This document shows positions 53,450 to 64,000 of a DNA stretch of 64,000 bases, in pieces; positions within the stretch are counted from its first letter, which is position 1, and each line of letters opens with the position of its first letter. The notes under the pieces were generated by a model, which saw only the letters and a list, made by a program, of their open reading frames with translations, did no database searches and had not been told where the DNA came from. This DNA is from Dicyema japonicum (taxonomy: Eukaryota; Animalia; Dicyemida): assembly GCA_011109175.1 (NCBI GenBank), contig RDEW01000004.1:1539067-1603066 (forward strand), in the 5' to 3' direction. The position numbers and the translations under genes were made by a program.

Positions 53450-54300
53450 TCCCCCCAGTAATTAGTTAGTTTAACTGTTTTTGAGCAAATATTCATTTTT
53501 GAATCCATACTGGAACTGTTTATCAGGAAGAATTTCCTTGACTTTCACAAAGACAAGCCTCCCCAAATTTTAGACATTGAGCATAGAGAAGAAACTAGCC
53601 TGAATGAAGCTGGGGTTTTTTTCGGTTTTCTCATCTTCAGTAATCAATTATGACTTATATACAAATTATGAACTTTTGTCAGTGTGACAATTCGCTCTTT
53701 CCCAAGATTTTTCAGGAATATGATACGAATCCCTTGTGCTCCATGTGAATGTTTAAACTTTTCTGACTCTGGATTTCTTTAAGTTTTTTCTGTGAAATCC
53801 ATTTTCGATTTTCTTAATAATTGGTGAGAGCTTCAGTCTTTGTGCGCAATTTTTATTCAGTATTTTAGGTCCTTTTGGCTGCTGTTGTCGTCTTCGGGTG
53901 GCCTTTTTTACTCGAGATGGTACGAATTACTTTCCAGACTACGGCTGTCAATTGATTGCGGTTTAAAGCCGTAAGATCGCGCATCCATTTTGTTCTCGGT
54001 ATTTTGAATTCTTTAGACGATGCCTTCCTTCGGGAGAAAGTCTTCCCACCACTTTGAGACGATTTCTTTCTTTCTATGACTCCATGCCTAGTGGTATAAC
54101 TAGTGTGTTTTTTTAAGGGAAAGCCGTAGATCTTGGTTCCAGAATGACATTATTGATATATGCGATCGCCTTCTCAATGTAGGTGAACTTTTCAGATGCA
54201 AATCAGTTAAAGGAATCTCCGTAAAATCCAACAAGAGTAGCCAGTTAGCCTCATACAAGTATGTCACCTACTTACAATGTAGTGTCTTCATTATAATCAC
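53450..54300 (-). mobile_element. Degraded APE-type LINE (EN, linker, RT start)
   Basis: SFRLVSSLCSMSKI..EILPDKQFQYGFK. Confidence 0.5.
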
Positions 54301-54342
54301 GTGTCAATTCCACATGTTTTTTAGAAGTCAAGATAAATTCAT

Positions 54343-54614
54343 TAACCTAAACCTTAACACTAAGAACTAACCCTATACCTAATACTAAACCCTAATTCTA
54401 CATTAATCTTGTCCCTTTACCAACTATAATTCTAATCTCAACCATAACCATGCCTAAGTCTAATCCCTTCCGTAACCATACCTAAGTTTTAATTTTATCT
54501 TTAACCATGCATAAGTCTAATCTCAATCCAAATCATGAAGTCTATCCCATCCCTAAACATACCTAAGTTTAACCACAATCCTAATCAATACCAAAATCTA
54601 ATCTCCACATTAGC
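54343..54614. repeat. Degenerate (CCCTAA)-like hexamer array with ~30-bp higher-order unit
   Basis: C/A-rich, G-poor top strand (cctaaa, ccttaa, ccctaa, gtctaa); taaccatRcctaagt repeated about four times. Confidence 0.65.
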
Positions 54615-54954
54615 CAAAAAAGATCAAAAAAATTTTCGAAAGTGAACAATCATCCAAAACAGTCGTTTTATTCTGCTCGGTGGACTATCATGGTTTGTGA
54701 GTTACCACCATCTATATGCATCATATGCTCTTGTATGCCAACTACTTTTAAATTGTAGTGTTTAAGTGCTCATATACACAGCATTTTCTTGTCGATGGAT
54801 TGAAATCACACTTTCTGGAAAGCGACGTATCAAGAAATTCTTTTTCTGAATACTCAAATGTCTGGCACAATTTATCCCTGTTCAACCTGAACTTTAAAAC
54901 TACTCATGATTAAATTTATTTTTTTTAGAATTTTATTAAATTTATTCTATTATA

Positions 54955-55735
54955 AAATTCATTCTATCCCTCAAGGATCTCCACTGTCACCACACCTGTT
55001 CAACCTATTCCTAAATGATTTGCTATCCCTTACCAGTGACGATACTCTGGTTCTGACATATGCGGATGATGTAATCGTCGCAGTCAAAGACCAGTGCGTT
55101 CATACTGCTCTATACCGGCTACAAGCTTCATTGGACGATCTGAACATTCTACATACACTCCCGAAAAGTCTTATACAACAATTTTCACAACAAACAGAAG
55201 ATTGACAAACTTCGCTCCATGTGTAACCATAAATGGAAACTCAATCCCCACGACCAACTCGGTCAAGATATGGGGCGTAACATACGACCCACTCTTGACC
55301 TTCAGCAAACACATCGACAACGTCATCTTCGCGGCACAATGAATTTTGTTAAAACATTCCTTTGACAATATAATAGGTGTTTCACCTCAAATTTGGACTT
55401 GCTCTACGTGCAGTTTATTCAACCGTCTCTAACTTACGGATGTGCTGCATGGGGAACCAAACTATCAAACGCGAATATGGAAAAAATCAATACATTCCAA
55501 AAAATGGCCAGTAAGGCTCTGAAAAAACTTTCCCAGACACCTCTTAACCCTACACCATTTTAAGAATTAGTGAGGAAAACCTTGCTACCCCCAAAAAGTT
55601 AGAAACCCCGCCCATTCCGGAAATGCGTTGGAACCCGGGAGGAACACCGAGCAAGAATGAGATGGCCAGTCGAGGCCACCGGAATCACCTGACGGTTATT
55701 TAATTTGTCGGTGATTTTTGGTTTTAATAATAATT
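54955..55735 (+). mobile_element. Family-A LINE 3' half
   Basis: PQGSPLSPHLFNLFLNDL..YADD, KIWGVTYD, IT-stop terminus at ~55690. Confidence 0.8.
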
Positions 55736-56318
55736 CTATTATAACGAAAGAAAAGAGAGTAAATGGTCATATAACGGCTGCCCTGACTGCTTGGCTATTC
55801 CCTCTCAGGATGGCGAGCAAGATTCGCTCAAATAACCAGCAGCGCTCACGAGGGTTTTATTAAATTAAAAACTCAAGAAAAGAAACTCGAATAGAATAAC
55901 ATTTTTATTAAAGACCAAGACATAGCGATAGTTATTGGGGATTACGTTATTAAAATTCCTGCTGTGAAGCCTGGATTCTTTCGTAGTTTTCTTTAAAAAA
56001 TAAAGATAAACGTCTCCTTCAAATCGAGTTTTCACAGACACAGAACTGCTTGGTAAGCCTTTTTCTTCTTCATTTTGGCACATTCAGCATAATCTCTTCT
56101 ACATCCAAAACAGACACCCAAATAACACAGATGATCAACATTGCTGATACCACTCCATGAGTGCTGCTGGCTATTTGAGCGAATCTCACTAGCCATCATG
56201 AGAGACTAAGTCAGTAAATTTATTACAAAGAAAGACTAAATCAGTAAATTTAACAAAATCTAGAGCCGAATGACATTAAAATAAAACTCAAAATTTTAGA
56301 AAATAATGATTTTATAGA

Positions 56319-57355
56319 TTACATATTATTAGTGCAAAACCACATTCCATTTACTTCTTTCCATATATCAACCTGTAAAATAAAAAGATATAAATATAAC
56401 AAAATTGTCTCCACTTGTAACAGCAAGAGTATTGGACATTGGAGACCACGAAACATGCCAAGCAGTGTCTTTAGTTTCATATAACAACATTGAACACCAG
56501 TCGTCATCAATCTGACGACGCGAGAAAATATAAACAGAGCGAGCGACCCTTAAGAAATTGTAACAAACTAAATACAGAGCAGGCAGCAATTGTAGTTGAA
56601 AATAGACCAACGGAAGGAGACCAAGCGACATCTCTCACGATTACTCCACTTTGGCAATTAAGTGTTTTTTCCAAGTTCCAAATTCCATTTTCCCCAAAAC
56701 TAAAAAATCATAGATAAACGCTATACTTCCAAATACAAACAGAACCGTCATAACCAGCTGTAGCTAGCTTTCGTATAACTTCCGTATTTCCATTTTTATC
56801 AGGAAAATAAGGTGGAGACCAACTGATGGCCATTGAACCGCCCTGGCGAGTATTAAAACTTTTAATCTCCCATTTTTCGTCAATTGAGCATTCCAATATG
56901 AAAACGGTTCCGTTAGCACAAATTGCGGATAAAACACAACCGAGGACGTAAGGACCGAAACTCGCACAATTAACTGTACTAATAAAATGAAAACCAGGAG
57001 ATTCAAGGTTAAATTTTTTAACACAAATCCATTTGAAATTTTCCTCTCTCCAAATTATCAAATGTCTATCATAACTGCAGCTAGCCAAAAGCGGGCCAAA
57101 CATTGGATGTGACCACGAAACCTTAAAAACAGGTCCTTGGTGACTATTTTTCAATATTTTAAATAACCTTTTCAAATCTGCGCTCAAAACCGGCTCTTTT
57201 CCTTCCTCCATGTTAAATATTTTAACTGTATTGTCAGATGAGCAAGTAGCCATTCGAGTGTTATTAATGGTTACTTGGACATCATGCTTAGAAATAACTT
57301 GCACTCTTACAATAATATCATTATGGTTTGTCCCAAAGGAAGATGTTTCAGGCAT
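56319..57355 (-). CDS. SEC13: SEC13 WD40 protein (COPII / nucleoporin / GATOR2)
   Basis: HNDII/HDVQ..RMATCSSDNTVKIF, HQGPVFKVSWSHPMFG.LLASCSYDR, LATAGYDG, AWHVSWSPMSNTLAVTSGDN, WKEVNGMW. Confidence 0.93.
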
Positions 57356-57485
57356 CTATGAAAAAATTAAAGACGCACAATACCATTTTCTGTATGAATT
57401 TAAAAATAAATTATATTAAAAATAATATAATTCATAAAATTTTAAACTTATCAATAAAATTTCCCGTTAAAATATTTTTGTTTAA
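57356..57485. promoter_or_regulatory. Putative 130-bp bidirectional promoter
   Basis: SEC13 and the coiled-coil gene start head-to-head. Confidence 0.45.
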
Positions 57486-58241
57486 ATGATGAAAGAAAAT
57501 CAAGATTTAGTTGACTTGACGAATGACTTGGAATCCTTCTTTTATAGTAACTAAATTTCATTTTTAACAGGATTACAAGACTAAAATTGAAATAAATGCT
57601 AGCTTAACTGGAGAAAACAATAGATTGAATAGTGAAGTATCAAAGTTGTCACATTTAAACAAATCTCTTCAAAACCGTTTAATATTATTGCATTTTATTT
57701 TAGAACTTGAATCTTTTTCCAAATTAAAAGAGGATGATTTGAATTCTTTTCAAGGTTTTGTTTAAAATTTGATTTTTATAGAAAAATATGACAACCTAAA
57801 TAGCAGATATATCGATTTAAACAAAGAAAATGAAATTATCCTACAGAAATATAATAATTTAGGTAATCTCCACAATTCTGAAATACTGAGGGTAAAAGAA
57901 AACATGAAACAAATTTGTTTGCTGAAATATTTTAATAATTTAGATGAGAACGAAATAGAAAGCATGAAAAGTTCTGAATTCGAAAATAAAAATCAAATGA
58001 AGTCACAGTTACTTTTGTTGAAAGAAATGGTTTTTAATCTTTAACTTTTTGATAGTATGAAACTCAAATTCATGATTATGAAGAAAAAATAAAGGGACAA
58101 CAGCAACAAATTATTGATCAGGAAACTTTTCAGAGAAGGATTCATCAACTTAAAGAAAATTATGAAACTACTATTAAAGATTTAAAAGAAAAAGTTAAAA
58201 CACTGGAGGTTAAATGCAAACGTGTTAAAACAACTCGTTAG
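57486..58241 (+). CDS. Multi-exon coiled-coil protein, unknown function
   Basis: MMKENQDLVDLTNDLE... heptad-rich exons with 22-30 nt introns; ends KVKTLEVKCKRVKTTR-TAG. Confidence 0.55.
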
Positions 58242-58849
58242 GTTTTTATAGAACTGTTTTTAAAATAAATTTTCGTTAGTACAAAAAAATAAGTAAATTT
58301 AACTAAATGAATTTATATTATCAATGTTTGAATAACAATACAAGGCCCTTGATCTCTTCTAACCAGTCAATCATCAGTAAACTTGACATACGAAAGCAAA
58401 TCACACCTTTCATACGGAAGGCCTCTAATCTCATTTAATTTTCCGTTTGACATCATCTTGAGTGCAAATTTTATAAAGAGTCGTCTCATCTTTACTGACA
58501 TCAAGATAATTTAAAAGAAAAACTGTTTTCGCATCTTTATAGGAGCGATAGAGCGATTCTCGGAAAGAATAAGAGGAAAGTATCAATCTTTTGCAGTACA
58601 CTATTGCCGGAAAGGTTTTCTTCGTCTTGGTTTACATATCTACACTGTAGCCTGTACATCCAAATAAAACACCAGATAGATGACTAAATGGATACTCTAC
58701 CAACCATAGTATACAGTCCGAATTAATTTTCCTTAAATCGGAGATACGGATAGAATTTGTCTTTTGTTAAAAAGTTCGAACCTCTCAGAGTGCGCCAATC
58801 GTCGAGGAAAATCATTTTTAAATTAAAATGAAATAATGTTTTTTTATTA

Positions 58850-59665
58850 TCACGGAAATTAAGTAAGGTAAAGTGTAAGGGAAAGTTGAAGTAACGAGTC
58901 CTGCCTCAAAGTTCTTGGATTTCTCACTGTAGTCCCTATTCAACCAGTCAAGTCCGGTGGTGTTTCGTAAAGTATTCCATGATTTGGAAGACGTTCAGTT
59001 TTTTCCGTAGTAACGAAGTGGACATTTTTCGATTATCTCAATAATATTCTGAGACATCGGTTTTTAACACTTCCAGCTTGCTCTGTGCCGATAGTGATAG
59101 CGGTGCAATCCATTCAGCACATGCATACTCTACACTCGGTAGAACAAATTGTTTGTATAGAACCTCTAACGATAGGCGGGAAAATACTGGGAGTGCGTAA
59201 AAGCCTTGAGAATTCCAATTTTCTTTTGGATCTAGCAGTTACCAGATCCACTTGAGTGAATGAAAGAGAGGATCCAGGATAACTTCAAGGATTGAAAGGA
59301 TCTTCTTAATAGGGATCAGGGAATCATACAATTTTATTTCTGGCGTTGCCCGTATTTTCTTTCGTGATGAGGTAAACGTCGTTACATGTGACTTTCCTAA
59401 TGATATATTTAGACGGTTTTTAAAAAACCAAAGACCCACCAGATTTAATATCTCTTGACGTACTGTGTCGCCTCCTCGACTCTTTGATATTTCATTGCAA
59501 TCACGAGATCATCCGCATACGATAAAAGAATTGAATTTTTGGTGGTTTGAGATGGGAGATCACTGAGGAACATATTGAGACCAGCACAGTTATCTCTTAT
59601 GAATTTGGGTGAATTGAAATTTTTTGTAAATGAGCTGTTGTTGAGTTTCTTTGAGGAATCCATGT
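58850..59665 (-). mobile_element. APE-type LINE 3' half
   Basis: LLSYADDL, KSHVTTF, ILEVILDP, FVLPSVEYACAEW. Confidence 0.7.
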
Positions 59666-59699
59666 AGAATAGAATTTCTCCGAAAAAATTGACCGCTTC

Positions 59700-59960
59700 A
59701 GTCTCTGACCAAGGTCATGCTTCTAAGCAAGCAAAAAATCAGAAGAGAAGGAAATACCGAAGCATTTTAGAGGATCACTTGTTTTTTTCAATTTGCTGTT
59801 GAAACGTCAAGAATCATTAACCCACAAGCTGACGATCAAGTCTGTCGAATCGGCTCAATGATCTAGTAATATTAAGGATCTACGTGAGACTGGATGGCTT
59901 CAAGAGCACATCTCGATAGCTATTATCAGAGGAAACAGTCTGTTGATTCAAGCCGCCTAA
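59700..59960 (+). mobile_element. CRE-clade 3' end
   Basis: KRRKY..FAVET..RETGWLQEHISIAIIRGNS. Confidence 0.75.
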
Positions 59961-60009
59961 ATTAAAATAATTACTTTTTATATAATTAGTTATTAAATTA
60001 ATGTATTAA

Positions 60010-60075
60010 CTGTTATTAGTTGTTTACTTTAACTTCTTTCTCGGTGTATCCGGGGTTAATAAATTAAAAATTAAT
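60010..60075 (+). mobile_element. Family-A 3' UTR remnant
   Basis: ttctttctcggtgtatccggggttaataaa matches the 3' end at 23915-23945. Confidence 0.6.
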
Positions 60076-60089
60076 TAAATTAACTGTCA

Positions 60090-63000
60090 ATGCAACGTGC
60101 TTTCGATTAGGTGGCGTTAAAATTCTCTCGAATTGGCAAAAATGTTGAAAGGAAAAAAGGAGAAGGGTCACTTGCGTTACCTGATGGTATGAATGTAATT
60201 CTTGCCATATCCGAGAGCGTGCTGGCAGATGACCTAAAAGAATGGGCGAGGCAGGTAGTCCTGCAGGTACGTAGCAGGCTATCTCGAATACCCTGGAATG
60301 GTTGGCCATACTTGGCGGAGCTCTGCAGTGGCAGATTCAGTACTGATATATCTGTGAGTGAACTCAAGAAAATGGGTGTAGGCAAAGAAGGCACTGGTCT
60401 AAAGAGGCGGGGACCAGGTGACCACAACTGTCAAAGAGAGCACGAGCACCAGAGATGTAATACGTTGCAGCTCAAGCATATTTATGAGGTCTTCGCGCGG
60501 AATCTTGCTGCAGCGGCAGATGTCCCACTTGAGGACCGTAGATTTACCCGCAAGATCCCTCATTGTAAGGTTAACGGAGTAGTGTTAACCTGTATCAATA
60601 AAGCTGTGGCTTATGCGGTGGAGGCTAAGCCAGTAGGGTCACTGAGTGACATCTCCCTAGTGCTGTATGCAGCACAGATCACCTATGAGGAATTGACGGA
60701 CAAGCCCAGACCACCCAGTAAATGGAGGGAGCAGATCTGTGCCAAGATTGCTTGGAGACAGACTGAGCTGGAAGCACTGGAGGGGCACATAAGTAGTGTG
60801 GCGAGAGGGGTTAGAGGAAAAGCACCGGCTATAGTAAAGGGGCTAATTAGTAAACTCCGTGTTCCCAAATGGGACCTCAAAGAGTTGAGGAGGGCAAAGG
60901 TGGAGTTAGAGGGGGCAATAATGGTGTATAAGAGGAAACTCTATACACATGAAAGTCGGTGTAAGAGAAGGAGAGAAAATAATCTGTTTGAGTTTAATCG
61001 CAGATTGTTTTACCGTCGCCTACACGAAAATGGCCATAGTGTATGTTCCCAGCAGGACGCGGAAATGCTTTCCACATGGGGTAGTATGTGGGAGGCTAAA
61101 CCACGCAGAGGAAATGCGTGGAATGTCCCGTACAGCGCCGCTCCTTTCTTGGCGGAATCTTGCGGAATTTTCGATTTTCGCAAGAAATTTGAGGCGGTAG
61201 TGAGACATCTCCCTGATTGGAAGACGACCGGGGTCGATAAAGTTTATAATTTCTTTATCAAAAGATGCACTTCATTACACGAGTCTATGTGTCGTGTATT
61301 ACAGAAAAGCATCACTAACCCGGAAACGATTCCTGATTGGGCATGCACAGGGACAACTTATTTGATCCCAAAGCTGGACAACCCCCAGTCTGCTGCAGAT
61401 TATCGACCGATAACCTGCATGCCAACCCTGTATAAGCTGATGACCAAATTGGTGGCTAATGAGGTCAGGAGCTTTGTAGACGCAAATGGGATTCTCTCCG
61501 AGAATCAGTTGGGAACTGTGCGAAATTGTCAGGGGGCAAAAGAGCAGGCTTTGATCAACAAATGCCTTTCTGTGTCTCACGGAAACTCACTTTTGTCTAT
61601 GTGGGTGGATGTGAAGAAGGCTTACGATTCAGTTGATCATTCTTACCTTGTCGAGTGCCTACACAGTCTGTGTATGCCTGTGTGGTTCATCAGCTTTGTA
61701 GTGGCTGTGATGAATAGGTGGAGTATTCATCTGAACTATAATAGGCGGATAGGCGAGGTAAAACTCAAGAGGGGGATCCTTCAGGGGGATAGCATGTCTC
61801 CGCTACTCTTTGTTCTCTGTTTGGAGCCATTGAGTCGCCGCCTCAATGACCGGTTTGAGCAAATACCAGTTCATTGTGAAGGGGTCTGTTTCAGTACAAA
61901 TCACCTTCTTTTTATCGATGACTGAAGATGTATGCTCGAACAGCCGAGGAGCTCTACTCCATGGGGGTCTGTGCCAGGGAATTCTTTGAGAGTATAGGGC
62001 TAGATTTGAATTATTCAAAGTCTGCGACTAACACGCAAGTATGTAGCGAGTTAGTAAGAGTCCTAGAGGAACACGAAGGATATAAGTATCTGGGTGTTAC
62101 CGAATCTCCAAAGTCCCTTATAATGCCTGAGACAAAGCGACAAATTACTGAAGGCATCCGTAAAAGAGCAGCGTTATTGTGTAAGACGTCTCTAAATGCA
62201 AGGAATTTGTTCCTAGCATTAAATGAGTATGCTGTCTCGCTGCTAAACTACTACATAGGTGTTGTGGAGTTTGAGCCCAAAGAGTATGATGAGATGGATG
62301 TTATGATCCGTGGAGTACTCAGAGAGAACCATGTCCATGTGCAGCCAATAAGGAGAGACTATATTTATTCCGTGATAAATTCGGTTGTGGACTGTGTGGA
62401 GTAGTCCAACTAAGTGAGCGTATCCTAATGCGAATGCACGACACCCTGATAGCTGGGTCAAGTGTGTCTGCTAGGAAGCACGCCATAATAACGACCGAGA
62501 AAACACGGGCAACCCACCTAGGCAGACCTTTTTTGTCTGCTAAGTATGGTGTTGATGATGGTGGGCTAGTAAATGTGAAGGCGTTGATCGAATTACAATA
62601 TAATAATTTGATGGAAAAGATCAACTTAAAAAGCCTTCATAAGGTCCTCTTCAGAGCATTGGACAACCCACATGTCGACCTTAAGTCGTCGACAATATGG
62701 CTAAAATACGGTGACAACTCACCTCGATCGGAGGCGTTGTACACGTATATGCAAGACCGCAATATTTTTTGGGGTCGATCAACAAATACATGTCCCCACT
62801 GTAAGTCAAGGAGCATGTCGGTTGATCATTTAGCCACTCGATGTGGATCCATGCTCTGCCACGACTATGTGTGGAGGCACAACGAGGTAGTAAGGAGTCT
62901 TCATCTTCTACTATGCAATAAGTATGGTATTCGCCACACCAGAAAGTTGCGGACTCATAAGGTGCAATCTGTAGTAGAGAACACCAGGGTCCAAATTAAG

Positions 63001-63525
63001 GTAGACAGTGTTATCCGTACCTCGGTGCTAGTCAAGCACAATAAACCGGACATTGTGGTACACGATAAGAAGTCTGACCAAGTCCTTATCATTGAGGTTG
63101 GCATTACGTCTCAAGACCGTTTGCAGGCTGTGGAGGTGGAGGAAAAAAGGAAGTATGACTTGCTTGCAAACGAGATGGGACAGATGCTTGGTTGCAAGGT
63201 CCTCGTTATACCTATAGTAATGACGTGGGAAGGAATTGCAACAAAGTACCACAAGGGTTATCTGAAGCAGTTGGGGGTAGATAGGAAGCTCCAGGCCTAT
63301 CTACAGTCCACTGTATTAAAGCGGACCCTAAAGAGCCTGATACTGGAGTATAGGAGGCAGAGCCCTGAGATGCCATATGGGCAGAGGGTTCAATTGGACA
63401 ATGCGCTCTCGGAGTTGTTTCAGCAACCAGAATCGAACCTGCCTGAGGAGGCTGGCGAACAGGCAGGCGAGGAAGGTTGTTGATTATAAATATATTAACT
63501 TTTTTATTGTTGGTTAAATAAAGTG
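60090..63525 (+). mobile_element. R4/Dong-like non-LTR retrotransposon, copy 2
   Basis: ORFs 60111-61925, 61928-62404 and 62428-63483 encode RT, CCHC finger and RLE; co-linear with 14476-17921. Confidence 0.93.
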
Positions 63526-63629
63526 AAATATATAGTTGTTGATTTGTGTTTTAAGGTAAATAAAATTAAAAATAATTAATATACATTTAATAATTTTTTT
63601 ATTTACAAATGGCAAAAAACATACAAAAA

Positions 63630-64000
63630 CATTAATTATCGTGACATCCTCATGTCACTGGATAGGACATTGAGAAAATCAGCTGAATTGCTTCTAGACA
63701 TCCACTCTGATGTGCCGAGTTGGAACCAATGCAAGCTTCCTACACTCCTCGGAGGAACGGGTCTTAGGTCGGCGCTGGAGATCGCCTTTCCAGTATATGT
63801 GTCATCGCTCTCAAGTGGAAGCCTTTTGGTCCAAGATTTCCTCCGTTTTTTAACCGGACTTTCTTGGGGAAGAGTCTTCGACGAAGCTCTTCGCAAATGG
63901 TGTGAAACTGGTCTGGATATGCGGAACGATCCTTCTAGCAACGTCACTGGGATGATATCTACTCCAAGAATATCTTCGATGTGCTAAAGTCTGAGGCCAA
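63630..64000 (+). mobile_element. CRE-clade fragment running off the window
   Basis: WNQCKLPTLLGGTGLRSALEIAFPVYVSS. Confidence 0.75.

Noticed and set aside
55785-55851. HDV-like ribozyme in the dispersed repeat
   Set aside because: No room for the P1 3' strand and the GG of P1.1 between the candidate P3 and P4.
63540-63600. TSD for R4 copy 2
   Set aside because: Only AT-rich similarity, offset ~30 bp from the 3' end; not distinguishable from chance.

Overview
Compact, AT-rich animal genomic DNA, not prokaryotic. Short blocks of housekeeping genes alternate with islands of decayed non-LTR retrotransposons that fill roughly half the window. The genes are riddled with ultra-short GT-AG introns, mostly 21-32 nt. 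Genes recognised by manual splicing: a beta-type TRPM channel, CNOT10-like, UFL1, PPCS, SPCS2, RECQL5, CDIPT, a mollusc/flatworm-type phosphagen (arginine) kinase, SEC13, tRNA-Val(CAC), and several orphan/coiled-coil genes. Intron size plus the lophotrochozoan-type kinase suggests a dicyemid-like mesozoan parasite (inference). Four retroelement groups are present: (1) R4/Dong-like RT+RLE elements, including two near full-length copies; (2) many divergent CRE-clade fragments; (3) an APE-type LINE family ending in GIT/GVT-stop with a conserved 3' stem-loop; (4) RTE-like elements, including a ~420-bp bipartite non-autonomous derivative. Most notable: both R4 copies carry the same 1-nt deletion right after the catalytic FIDD motif and are mosaic in divergence; in-frame stop-less 3n micro-introns are frequent; the bipartite RTE has its own target-site duplication; and there is a degenerate telomere-like array. 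All calls are by eye without database searches. TE boundaries are approximate (tens of bp), and several frameshifts may be homopolymer assembly errors.
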